From the NCBI RefSeq assembly GCF_036321535.1, contig NC_087437.1:7130001-7194000 (forward strand): a stretch of 64,000 nt of DNA, read 5' to 3'. Positions 40,491 to 52,735 of this stretch are shown piece after piece. Source of the DNA: Camelus dromedarius. Taxonomy: Eukaryota. Position numbers and translations under genes: made by a program. Under the pieces are notes generated by a model. The model was not told the DNA's origin, made no database searches, and saw nothing but the letters and a program-made list of their open reading frames with translations. Positions within the stretch are counted from its first letter, which is position 1, and every line of letters starts with the position of its first letter.

Positions 40491-41715
40491 TTATTTATTT
40501 GCATGGGATCCTAGTAGACTGAGGCTCAGAGAGAAAATCCTTAAGGGTCTGTAAAAACAAAAACAAAGTGAAAATGATACTTATCAAACATTCCTATTCA
40601 GACTGGTAACCACAGTGGCCCAGTAAGCAACATTTGGGCGGTTAAGGCTCCCGGCTTCTCAGCCATGTGACTTGTTTTTCACTGTTATCACCTTTTAGTT
40701 CTTGGTGACATTGTTGTCTCATTTGTAGAACAGAACAAAGCTTGGAGTTTTAATAAATTGATATTTTCATAAGTGTTTGAGATTGGACACTACTGGTAAA
40801 CATCAGTGAAAGTTATTTACAAATGGGGACTGTCCACTGCATATCCGTTTATGACTTTATACCAGACATAATGGAGGGGATGCCTTTACAATAAATATAT
40901 ATATTTATACATGTTTTAAGTGTATTCCTCTGAGCTGATGATCAGGATCAAAATATAGTCTCAGTTTCTTAAATTCTCACCACAATTCAGAGTTTGTGAT
41001 GTATGGTTTAAAGTGATCTTTAAAAATAAATTTCAGTGGCCAACTTAAACATGGATACCTTAAGAATATTACTGGTAGTATTTGCTCTACTGAACCATCT
41101 ATTAGGGTTTTCATGTGACTCTGCTGCTGTCACCTCCAGTTCAAACAGTTAAACAGACGCCTGTCCTTTCCTGGAAGCCTGCCACAAGTCTCATGTCTCT
41201 TACCTGGTTTATTGTAACGCTGTGCACCAAGTTGCTTAGTTTTGAAAATTGTTTATTCTTGATGACTTCCCTCTCACCACATTCAATATTCAATCCATTG
41301 TCAAATCTTACCAGTGCTGCCTTGAACATGGTTCTCATACTCTTTCTTTTCCACTTCTGTTTCAGACGATACAGACATCAAAATGCTGGTTAGGGTGGTT
41401 GTCTCTGGGTGGGGTGGGGGAGGGAGTCTTGTGTTTGGAGGACTTTCCTGAATTTTCCAGGTTTTCTATAATCGTTTGTCACCAGAAAAATGAACATAGA
41501 ACCTAACAGAATCTGTTCTTCAGAGGTGTTAATTTGGTTATTCTCAGTGTCCTCCATCTATTTGACTCATGTATGTGAACTGCTTCTAACTATACGATGC
41601 GTGTATGTGTCTGTCTCTGTCAGAATATAGTCTTTGGGAAGGCATAACCCTGGCTCATAAACACCCCGCGTAGCCCAGGCATTCCAGCAGTGATCATTCA
41701 GCCAAATTTAGCGGA

Positions 41716-43585
41716 AGACTCATCGCTGCGCTACTGGTCCTCCCGGTGTGCCTGGCTGCCGTCACCTCTGCAGATCATGAGCGAGGACGAAATCATCGTG
41801 TTCCTCCTCGGCGATGGCTCTGGAATGTGCAAAGCTGGCTTTGCTGGGGATGACACCCCTGCGCCATGTTCCCATTGTCATCGGCTGCCTCCGACACCAG
41901 GGCGTGGGCCCGGAGCAAGCTCAGAACCTGACCCTCAAGTACCCCATGGAGCACCGCATCGTCACCAACTGGGACAACGTGGAGAAGACCTGGCACCAAC
42001 CACAGCTTCTATGACGAGCTGCCCGTGGCCCCCAAGGAGGACCCAGTGATGCTGACCTAGGCATCCCCTCCACCCCCCAAGGCCTGCTCTGAGATGACTC
42101 AGATCATGTTCAACACCTTCAACACTAGGGCCCTGCTGTCCCTGTAGCCTCTGGCCGCACCACTGGTGTTGTCATGGATCCTGGGGAGGGGGTCGCCCAC
42201 AGGTGCCCATCTACGAGGGGTATGCCCTCCCCCATGCCATCCTGCATCTGCACCTGGCTGTCCTGGGACCTGACTGGCTGTCTCGTGAAGATGCTCATGG
42301 GGCATGGCTGCATCCTCCGCACCACGGCCCCATGGGAAATTGTGCATGACGCCAAGGGCAGCTCTGCTACGTCGCCCTGGACACGGGGCAGGAGACGGTC
42401 ACTGCGGTGCCCGCCTCCTCCCTGGAGAAGAGCTCTGAGCTCTCTGACTGTCAGGTGGTCACCATCCTCAATGAGTGTTTCTGGGTCCACAGGCGCTCTT
42501 CCACCCTCCTCCTGGGCATGGAGTCCCGTGGCACCCCCGAGACCACCTTCACCTCCATGCTGAAGGGTGATGTCGACAGCCGGAAGGCCTGTGTGCCAAC
42601 ACAGTGCTGTCTGGGCGGGACCACCGTGTACCTCGCATCACCACCAGGACGTACAGGGATCTCAGGGCACTGGCCCCTGCACGACTGAAGATCAGATCAA
42701 GACCAAGGCTCCTCGTGAACACAAATACTGGGTGTGGGTCTGGGGGGCCATCCTGGCCTCGCTGTCTGCCTTCCAGCTGACGTGAACAGAGAGCAGAAGG
42801 ATGCCCTGTCCAGCCCCTCCGTCCTCCACCACAAATGCTTCTAAATGGGCCGTGGGTGGGATGCTTCGCATTTGCTACACGAGCTCGTATAAAAGTACAC
42901 GTTTGCCCTGGCGGATGCTCACACACCGTGCTATCCTCCTGCCACTGGAATAAACCTTTGGAAAGAAATGTGTCCTTGGCGTTTGTATCTAATATCAGCA
43001 CCCAGTTGTAGAGCTTACTGCTGATTTTAACCTTCTGTTTAAGTTAAACGGGTCCTTTGGTCTAAGTGTGATGGCCAGTTCGTATCTTCGTTTTAAACCC
43101 CTAGTACGTGTGTTTCCTCAGTTCGTGGCTGAGGTGAGAAATATGTTTGTGGAAGAGAAATCCTCGGGCTTGATGACAATCTGCGAGACCACGAGTTTGC
43201 TGACCTGCACAGGGCATTGGTGTAAGAGCTGCCTGTTCCACGATTTCCCTAGGGGCTGACAAGAGTCCTGCGTCAGCTGTCATTTGTCTTCTGGGTCTGA
43301 CAGGATTGGGAAGGTCCCAGCCTTAGAACTCACTTTCCTTTCTTACCCCACAATTGCCCGCCAGAACGCCATGGGTTGTTCCTTGCCTTGAGCTGGAAAA
43401 TGGGTAGCATTTACACCTGTAAATGTATTCAATCCTTTTAATTTGTGTATGGTTTCTGTATGCAATTCTCAATTCTTTAAGAGATGGCCCCAAACTGTTG
43501 GTTTTCTACTGCCCACGTGAGAACATTTGGCCCCAGCAGCATGTCATTGTGAAGAAAACAAAAGTATTGCAGTGAACAACAACAA
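41716..43585 (+). pseudogene. ACTG1: Processed pseudogene of cytoplasmic gamma-actin
   Basis: Intronless actin CDS remnant at 41777-42844 ([35 protein letters not shown], ending aaatgcttctaa) with frameshifts, stops and two deletions. The 3' UTR is ACTG1-type (gtatctaatatcagcac, gcatttacacctgtaaatgtattca, gttttctactg...gtgagaacatt.ggccccagca). The tail has decayed to (CAA)n. Degenerate TSD caaatttagcgga (41703-41715) / caaattcagttga (43586-43598). Confidence 0.95.
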
Positions 43586-43746
43586 CAAATTCAGTTGATT
43601 GTTCTGGTGAATGTGGGAACAACACAGAAACGTTGTCACTCCTAAGGTTAAAAAAATAACTAAAGCAAATCCTTAAAATTTCAGTCTTTGAAAATCCCCC
43701 AAGTGGCTCAAAATTTCAAAAGACAGAGAGAAAGAGATTATGCTGT

Positions 43747-43846
43747 GGGGGAGGGTTCAATCTCCAGTACCTCTGTTAAAAATATACAAATAAGTAAACC
43801 TAATGACCTCCCTCCAAAAAATCTAAAAAAAAAAAAAAAAAAAAAA
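43747..43846 (+). mobile_element. Internally deleted vic-1-like SINE
   Basis: gggggagggt is joined directly to tcaatctccagtacctc, followed by the aaacctaatgacctccc tail and poly(A). Confidence 0.8.
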
Positions 43847-45669
43847 GAGAAAGAGAAAGAGAGAGAGAAACCCCAATCTGCTTCCTTTAAAAGTTACCCT
43901 TGATCCATCCATCAATTCAAGAACTTATTTCATTTTCTGTAACTTTCTCCAACTTTTAGTTTAAATCTTTCTTGTACCATTTTCCACTAAACTTTCCTCT
44001 TTCTTTTGGACTCTGTGTTGGGTCATATCATGAAGATTCTGGGCAGAAAGTTTCAGAAGAGTTGGGCATTGGCATATGACAGCGTTCAGAATAATTCATT
44101 CTAGATCATTAGTATATGCTAAACACCTACTCAGCCTAAAATTTTGACAAAGTCTTGGACCAAGGCTGAGGGAAAGCAGTTCCCAGGGAAAGGAGGAAAG
44201 AAATTTCCTTCTAGCCGGCTAGACTAGATGGCATCTTGATTTCCTACCAAGGTCCCCAAATATTGGCAAGTAATGATTTTGGTGTAAATTATACCCTTTG
44301 ATGTGCACAGGGAGCTATGGAGCATTTTATATGAAGTAATAATATTAAGTAATTTGATGGAACTAATGATTGCTTCATCTGACATCGAACAAAATAAACG
44401 ACACTCAATATGACACACTCGCCATTTATGGACTTAAATTCTGGGACAGTCCAAGTTGCCATTTTTGCTGATCTTTGTGGATATTAGATTGAGTTACTTT
44501 ATTAACAACCGTAAGACTTTCAATCTTCAGTTGACAAACTGCGTGGTCACTTCTAGATAGATTGCTCAAGTCCTCCTGATTCTTATTAACCTATAATAAC
44601 TAGGTCTGATTTCTTAAATAAAAGCTTACTTCTTGACTTTTCATTGAAACATCTTGATAGATGGTTAAATGTCTTTCCTATCCTCCTCTGTCTCCTTTGC
44701 AACTCTCTTTATATGAGAATTGTCTCCGTCAGATGAATGGCTTTGAATAGCAGTATTTATATATTTCAGTGGGGGATGTAACAACCAAGTTCTTTAAAAT
44801 AAATTGCTGATCGAATCAATTAACACAAACTAAAAAAAAAAAAAAGAAAGAAGAAAAAAAGTTAAGGCCAAACTAATGCTGATTCTAATTTTTTAACATT
44901 TTTAAACACTTAAAATACCTGCTTTCAAAGAATCCCAGAAAATGGAATAGGACATGGCTACGCACTGATTTGCATAGTCAGGCCAGTGCACAAAGAGGGG
45001 ACCCAAGCTTCTGTGTTACCCCAACTCTCTGGGAGTCTTGGTGAGACTATGCCTGGATGGAGGAATATAAATTGCTTACACTTCTTTTGGATTTGAGTGA
45101 ATCTCTAAATTCACAGAGAGGTTTTCTCTTCGACCACTTCAGTGGAAATGGTCATAGTCAAATCAGTTGGTTCCTGCAACTTTTGAAAACCTGAAAAAGC
45201 TTTTAATACAATTCAACAAAATGGAAGGAAATGAGAGAAATAATACTCTTCCACACACCCTCAAAATCTTCTCTTTTCCTCTCACAGGTACAAAGCAACT
45301 AAAACAGGTCTCAGACTCATGTGGGCTCCCAGCATCCACCTTTGCATTTGTAATCATAAAAACATGGACTCTGGGGCCAACACTGGCCTGATTCGAAATC
45401 TGGTTGTGCCACTTACTGGCCAGTGTTCTTAGGGCCAGTCACTTAAACTCTCTGCCGCCATGTCCAAGGGGTGGCAGGGACCCCCGGAGGAAGGGGCTCC
45501 AGCAGTGATCAGGAGTGAGCCCAGGCATGCACACGATGAACTATTAATCGTCCCCAGATAACTCACAGGCAAGGGGTGGGAAAATAGAGACAGTTTTACC
45601 TCTTTCCCTTCTGCATACAGGACAGGAGGAAAAATTTCTCCATGCTGTTATTGGAGATCCTTTAGCACG

Positions 45670-45818
45670 ATAACCCATTCTCAAACTTGGATGCCCACTA
45701 GAATACCCTGGAGAGTTAAAAAGAAATAGTGATTCCTGGATGTCAAGCCTGCACTCCGATGTAATTGATCCGGTATAGCCTGGGCATTCATAACATGTAG
45801 CCTGGTTAAGAAACACAG
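45670..45818. mobile_element. MER5A1-like hAT-Charlie MITE
   Basis: ttctcaaacttggatgcccactagaataccctggagagtt...gatgtaattgatccgg...gcctgggcat...ggttaagaaacacag. Confidence 0.7.
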
Positions 45819-46249
45819 TCCTAAAAGATGGAAGGAGGAAAAAAAATGTACGATTTTCTGATTTTCAGGGACTTTTATGTACCTTTGCAGTATGCTACTT
45901 TATTTAACAAATGAATATACAAAGGCTTTCCACTGGACTTTGACTATTAAAAAAAACAACAACAGCTATTAAAACAAACCCAATTCTCTGGTCTCACGCA
46001 TATTTGCATTTACTCAAACAGTTTTCTGTTTAAAAAACTGAATTCTGCCTTCGTGGGACATATAGGATGACACGTGATTGTGGCTTTAAAACGTGAATAT
46101 TCCATCAGTCATCTCTCTCTGCTTGAATTCTGCCTTGCCCTCTAGACGAACTCCCACCAAGAAAAAGCTTAAGTGTCTCACCTAATTTGCCAGGAGGCCG
46201 CTTACCTATTTAGGTTAGGGGACCAGAGTTGATGAGAAATTCTTTGGGA

Positions 46250-47310
46250 AGCCAAGCACAAGTTTTTGCTTTCAACTATTTATAGCAATCAGCTGGCTTT
46301 TCCAGTCCCTCATTAGATCAATCATGGCCATTGTCTTACAGTTGAGTGGGAAATCGTTACAGGTGGAAGAGGCGAGATGCCTCTAATTCAGCGGAGGCCC
46401 CCCTAACAGGAAATCTGCGAGGAATTACAATCAAATAGGGGCCTTGTCAGGGGGATGGGGTTGCTTCCAAGGCAGGATTTCTGAAGCCTTTCTGGATTCT
46501 GGGTTGAACATACAGTGAAACATACAGAGAAGCTACAACAAACCCACATAAGACAAAGAGAAGACGACCCTTTCGGTTCAGGCACATTGGGCGCCTGGTG
46601 TTGGGTTTTCGGCTCTCGCTGAAATGCCGTTTGGTACTGACACACTCAGACTTGGCGGGGGCTTATCTTTTTTACAGGCCATTTATTTGGGAATGTGTTT
46701 TACAGGTGGCCCTGCTGCTGGGTCCAAACTCCGGGCTTCTGTAGTGTAGCACGCTGCACATCTTTGCGGCTGAATCAAGTGTCACATATTATGGGCTGCT
46801 GGTAGCCAATAATTTGGGAAGCTCTTTTTTCCCTCTCTTTGCTTTTTCCCTGGCTATTGAGCAATGACAGTCAAAAGCCAGCTGAACCCATCATGAGGGG
46901 GCAGGCAAGAGAGAAGTCGCCAGGCTCCCGATTTCCGCTCAGGCCCCTATGCGGGCTCTGGGGCGACCCTAGGAGCAGGTGGGTCTGATTTGGCATCCCT
47001 CCCATTAAAACCTGCCTCAAAAATCAGTTTATTTGAAGGAGTTAATGAAAGTGCTAGATATTTTCTACCCACTGGCAGAGGAAAAAGTAGTGCGCACGTC
47101 TGAATAAATAACTGAAAATGGCTTCTCACTGTTCAGGAAGTACAATCAATTTGAAATTAGGATTATGGAAACATCTGCGAAAATTCAAGTGTCATCTCAA
47201 TTTGGGCTCATTCAGATCCTGTATTTTTCAACTTCCCAAGCAGTGCATTTAAAATCTAATCCTAATTAACACACATAGTTTAATTATAGCCAACAAAATA
47301 TTCTACAAAA
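46250..47310. promoter_or_regulatory. Candidate distal enhancer (no recognisable TE, motif-dense)
   Basis: MEF2 ctatttatag 46276-46285; E-box cagctg 46290-46295; PBX-type TGATTGAT (-) 46317-46324; SOX ccattgt 46328-46334; GATA cttatct 46662-46668; tcaagtgtca twice. Motif evidence only. Confidence 0.4.
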
Positions 47311-48796
47311 ATTGTGTGTGCTGGTTGGGGGGATGGGTGGGGAGGGAGGAGGCGAGGGAGAAAGCCAGACAAATGTTCCCTGATTGTAAAAATTCTTGTT
47401 TGGTTAATAATATAAATCCTCAAGATTTTAAACACACACTGAAGTTCGCTTACCAGGAATCAAAGTGACAGGATCCTAAAAGCGTGGAGCCTCCTTTCGT
47501 CCTGGTCCTACTTTCTTCTTCCTTCCTATTTCTTCTTAACTTGGAAAGAAAAAAGGCTTTGTTCATTTGGCTCACACACTCTCTTTTGTGAAGACCTTTG
47601 TTGCTTTGTTTATTTTTTCCCCTCTGATCAGAAGATAAACCTTTATGGTTGTGTTTGAGTACAAATAAAGAAATAAATCTCCTTGCATAGAGCAAACTTT
47701 ATGGTCTGTTGTTTTAGTGGTGATGCGCACCTCTAAGGATTTGAAGCTTTAACTGAGAGGCGCACCAGCATGTTTGGATGCTTTATTGGAACCTCATCCT
47801 AATCAAACCAAACGCAACAATCAACCATCTTGCAGAATTATCGGCACTCTCTCCTCCCAAATCAGGCATAAGTGGAATGTGCAAAGGGAACATAAATTTA
47901 AAGAAAACAAAACAAAAATCAAGCCAACAAGGGGGGAAACCCATCTAGAAGCTCAAGAATAATTTTAACTGAAATTAACTCTGGAAGAGAATGTAAAAAT
48001 CTTCGTTGGCTTTGTCTTGGTCATTTTGTATGATTATTTTAATCAATAATAAATATAAGGATCAAAGTAAGATTTTAAAAATTTTCTTAAGAACTCTGTT
48101 CCTTTGTTACTAATACTAAAATACAGAAGACTAACTTCTAATCTAGATTCTGTTAGTAAAATTTAATTATATCCCTACTGTTGACAAAAGAAAAACACTC
48201 AAATTCTTGGTGTCATCCTGAAATTTTTACTGTAGTATTTGCTGTAATGAAATTGGACACTCTGTTAGTATTAAGTTAGTCTAGGTTTCTGAGGATAAGG
48301 TGATGATATTTCTTGTAGATTAATACCACTGTAATTTCCCACATCTAAACCCAGTCTTGAAGACAAAATTCACTTTGTTTAGCATTTAATAGTCTGTACA
48401 TTCGCTTTGTTTATAAATCAATTCATTCCTTTGTTCATCAGAATTTTTAAGAATTCGTAACAGTGGGGCAGTTTTCCGCCAGTGAGGAGTAATGAGGAAA
48501 TTTCAGAGGGTGTGCTAGGACATTTTGCTGAAAAGAATCCTGCATTTCTTTCCAGTGGCTCAGAAAGGCCTATGGAGAAGGAATGTAAGGTATTTCTATA
48601 CTCAAAGGATAATATTTAAAGACTAGAACCAACCTTGAAAAGTTGTCTGCAGAGTAAATTTTGATTAAATTTTATCGGATAGCAAAGCTAACAATTTTTT
48701 TTTTTACCAATTTTTACTTTCTTTCATGTCCTTTCTCTCTCCCTCTCCTTCCTTCTCTTTTCTTGTGTCTTGCTAAGTCCATAGCTCCAATTTTTG

Positions 48797-48923
48797 TTTG
48801 TTTTTTTTGGGGGGGGATAATTAAGTTTATTTATTTACTGATTTATATAGGAGGTACTGGGGATTGAACCCATGACTTGGTACATGCTAAGCATGTGCTC
48901 ACTACTGAGCTATACCCTCCCCT
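48797..48923 (-). mobile_element. tRNA-Ala-derived SINE (vic-1-like), long form
   Basis: ggaggtactggggattgaacccatgacttggtacatgctaagcatgtgctcactactgagctataccctcccc. TSD-like atagctccaatttttg / ataattccagtttttg. Confidence 0.9.
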
Positions 48924-49033
48924 TATAATTCCAGTTTTTGAAAACGTCATTCACAAATAGTTCTTGAGTGCCTACAATGTACCAGTTCTTGAGAATACAG
49001 GTCCTTACCTTCATAAAACTTATAGTCATGGGG

Positions 49034-49256
49034 CAAAGGTCAGCTAACTACCATGTGTGGGACAAATCTAGCTCTTTGTCTGCTTTTACAAATAAAGTTT
49101 TATTGGAAACACAGCCATGCGCCTTTGTTAAGCACAGTATTTGTGGTTCTTTCCTGCTGCAGCGGGAAAGCTGGGCAGTTGTTACAGAAACTGCGCAGCC
49201 GTCAAAGTCTAAAATATTTACTATCTGACTCTGCAGAAAAAGTTTGCCAAATTCTG
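49034..49256 (+). mobile_element. MER58A hAT-Charlie MITE
   Basis: caaaggtcagctaactac...aaataaagttttattggaaacacagccatgc...aaaatatttactatctgactctgcagaaaaagtttgccaaattctg. Confidence 0.85.
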
Positions 49257-50734
49257 GTCTAATGGATTTATAATTTCTTTATCTAGAAATGTCTTCTTTA
49301 ACTGCAAAAGGCTAATTAAAACAAGAAAAAAAATCCCTCTGAATGTGAACAAGTTTTAGTCCTGACAGCCTCCACTATATCCAATACAATTTTTTCATCA
49401 CTTCCTAAGAGAAGGATTCTGTTTTTGCAACTGCGGGAGGTTGGAAAATGGCCTCTGATGGGTCCACATCTCCTCCTCATTGTTCTCAGTATTTAACCCC
49501 AGATTATCCTTCAGACCTATAGCCTAGTACATTGTCCTTGCTTTTCTAACTAGACAGAAGAAACCATGTGCTACGTTACCCAATATGGCTAAATTGCAAA
49601 ACTTTCTAACAGACACATCTTTTAGCCATGCAACCTAGGAACTGCTCCTTAATCCACTCCTTAGTAATAATAAAATTAATCACACATTCACATGCACTTA
49701 AAATACTGAATACCTTAATTATTTCAGCCATCCCACTTCAGGACTTTGAGCATGTTTGTCCACACATTTTGGCATAATCTGGTTAAACCTTTTAAACTTT
49801 CTCATCTAAAATACACATGATGAGAGGTGTGGCAAGATTGTCTCTAAAAGAGGCAGAGAGTCTTCCACAAAGGATGGTTGAGTTCAGCTGTGTCATTTTC
49901 TGATGAAGCCTTCCTAGCCTTGCTGGAGGCGGTGGAGGCAGGTAGTGAGTGACCCTTGGAACACAACACAGGGATCCAAGCATCTGGCTTCCTGGATAAA
50001 CTCTGTGACATGCCCTCTGGAACAGCTTTGCTTGTGCAGGGACTGCAGCACAAAAACCAGGGCAGATGGGCTGTCTTGTTGAGACACGTGGGGCACTGGC
50101 ATCTGATTTCGAAGCTATCATTTGGACTTACTGCCTTGATGAATAGTTTTCTTGAGCAAATGTTGTCGAGAAGGGTTCTAAGCCTGGATGCTTAGAAAGG
50201 GCCAGGCTGGAGTTACCGCTGAAATTACCCTCAGCAGGAACGTCTGCAGGCTGGGGACGGCACAGCACACACCTTTGAAACCTCATCCATGCTAGGTTCC
50301 AACTGACTGGCTCATGTAAGCCGCAGAGGGGAAGGGAGCAGACACCGTGTAAGACTGATAATTCAGAAAACAAATGATCAGAAAAGGATGAATCTGAAAA
50401 TCAGGCTGCTGCAAAGTTGTACTCAAGGATACTGAGTGGGGATGGAGAGGAGGAACTTGGCTCTGCCCATTCCAGGAGAGCCTGGTCAGCAGAAAAAGGG
50501 GTTTAAATGCTCCTAGGGTGTGAGTCACCACCAGGAAGTGACCACTCTAACTTGCTGCTGTGTGTTGACTAGGTTTATTTTTTAAAAATTCTAAAAAAAA
50601 AAAAAAAAAAAGAGAGAAAGTTAGTGGCTTAAGGAACTCTAGGGCTACTTGGAATTAAAACTTACATCAGAACTGGCATGCCACATTGTGAGGTGCCACG
50701 CCAATTAGAAGATCGTTACATAGACACCTTAGCA

Positions 50735-52735
50735 TTTTATTTTTAATTTTTTATTGACATATAGTTGATGTGCAATATTATATATTATGGGTGTGCAATA
50801 TAGTGATTCACAGCTTTTAAAGCCTATGCTCCATTTATAGTTATTATAAAATATTGGCTGTATTCCCTATGTTGTACAATATATCTTTGTAGCTTATTTT
50901 ATACCTAACAGTTTGTACCTCTGCTTCCCCTACCCCTATATTGCCCCTTCTCCCTTCCCTCTCCCCACTGGTGCCCACTAGTTTGTTCTCTATGTCTGTG
51001 AGTCTGTTTCTTTTTCGTTACATTCACTAGTTTGTTGTAATTTAGAATCCACATACAAGTGATATCATACAGTATTTGTTTTTCTCTCTCTGATTTATTT
51101 CACTTGGCATAATGCCCTCCAAGTCGGTCCAGGTTGTTGCAAATGGCAACATTTTGTTCTTTATTTTTTGGCTGGTGTTCCTCTCTCTCTTTCTCTATTT
51201 CCTATTTCTTCCTGGTTCAGTCTTGGGAGATTGTACATTTCAGAGAATTTGTCTGTCTCTGCTAGGTTGTCCATTTTATTGGCATATAGTTAGTTGCTCA
51301 TAGTAGTCTCGTAAGATCCTTTGTATTTCTGTGGTGTTGGTTATAACCTCTCCTTTTTTCATTTCTGATTTTATTGATTTGGACTCTCTCACTATTTTCT
51401 TGAAGAGTCTGGCTAAAGATATGTCAATTTTGTTTATTTTTTCAAAGAACTAGCTTTTAGTGTTTTTGACCTTTTCTATTGTATTTTAGTTTCTACTTTA
51501 TTTATTTCTGCCCTGATCTTTATTATTTCTTTTCTTCTCCTTTGGGTTTTGTCTGTTGCTCTTTCTCTAGTTCCTTTACGTGTAAGGCTAGGTTTTTTTA
51601 TTTGAGTTTTTTTTTTCATTTCCTGAGGTAAGATTGCATAAATTTTCCTCTTAAAACTGCCTTTTTTGCATCTCATCAGTTTTTGGAATTGTGTTTTTAT
51701 TTTCATTTGTCTCTAGGTATTTTTTTTATCTCCTCTTTGATTTCTTCCATGATCCACTGGTTGTTTAATAGCATACTGTCTAGCCTCCACATATTTGTAT
51801 TTTTTGCAGTTCTTTTCTTGTAGTTTATTTCTAGACTCATAATATTATAGTCTGAAGAGATGCTTCATGTAATTCCAACTTTCTTAAATTTACTGAGGCT
51901 TGTTTTGTGGCCTAGCATGTAATCTGTCCTGGAGAATGTTGCAGTCTGTGTATTCTGCTGCTTTTGGATGAAATGTTCTGTGCATATATCAATTAAGTCC
52001 ATCTGGACTAATATGTCATTTAAAGCCAGTATTTCCTTATTGATTTTCTATTTGGATAATCTGTCCATTGGTGTACGTGAGGTGTTAAAGTTTCCTACTT
52101 TTATTGTTACTGTCAATTTCTCCCTTTTTGTCTGTTAATATTTGCTTTATGTATTTAGGTGCTCCAATGTTGGGTGCATGTAAATTTACAATTGTTATAT
52201 CTTCTTCTTGGACTGATCCCTTGATTATTATGTAATGTCCTTCTTTGTCTCTTCTAATAGACTTTATTTTAAAGCCCATTTTATCTGATGTAAGTATTGA
52301 TGCCCTGGTTTTCTTTTGATTTTCATTTGCATGAAATACCTTTTTCCATCTCCTCGGGCTGTGCATTTCCTCAGTCTGAAGTGGGTCTCTTGCAGGCAGC
52401 ATACGTGTGGGTCTTATTTTTGTATCCATTCAGCCACTCTATTTCTTTTAATTGGAACATTTAGCCCACTTACATTTAAGATAATTATTGATATGGATAT
52501 TCTTATTGCCATTTTACTAATTGTTTTGTGGGTCTTTTTTTTTTCCTTTCTTTTTTTTTTTTTTTGGTTCCCTTCTCTTGTGATTTGATGACTATCTTTG
52601 GTGTTACGTTGGATTCCTTTTTCTTTGTGCGTATCTATTCTATTACAGATTTTTAGTTCATGGTTACCATGTTTTTATATAGCAATCTATATTTATATGT
52701 GATTGTTTTAGATGCCTTACATTTCCAAAACTTCT
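50735..52735 (-). mobile_element. LINE-1: 3' UTR (50735-51172) joined to ORF2 endonuclease region (about 51195-52735)
   Basis: ORF 52085-52429 (WKKVFHANENQKK...DKEGHYIIIKGSVQEEDITIVNLHAPNIGAPKYIKQILTD) is the L1 ORF2 APE endonuclease. A 3' UTR with T tail lies at the left. Confidence 0.92.

Noticed and set aside
41690..43001. Functional actin or actin-like gene from the overlapping ORFs
   Set aside because: Actin similarity is split across frames with stops and deletions. There are no introns, and a decayed tail and TSD are present.
52085..52429. Endonuclease-like ORF as a host gene or active element
   Set aside because: It is a frameshifted fragment of L1 ORF2 with no RT domain.
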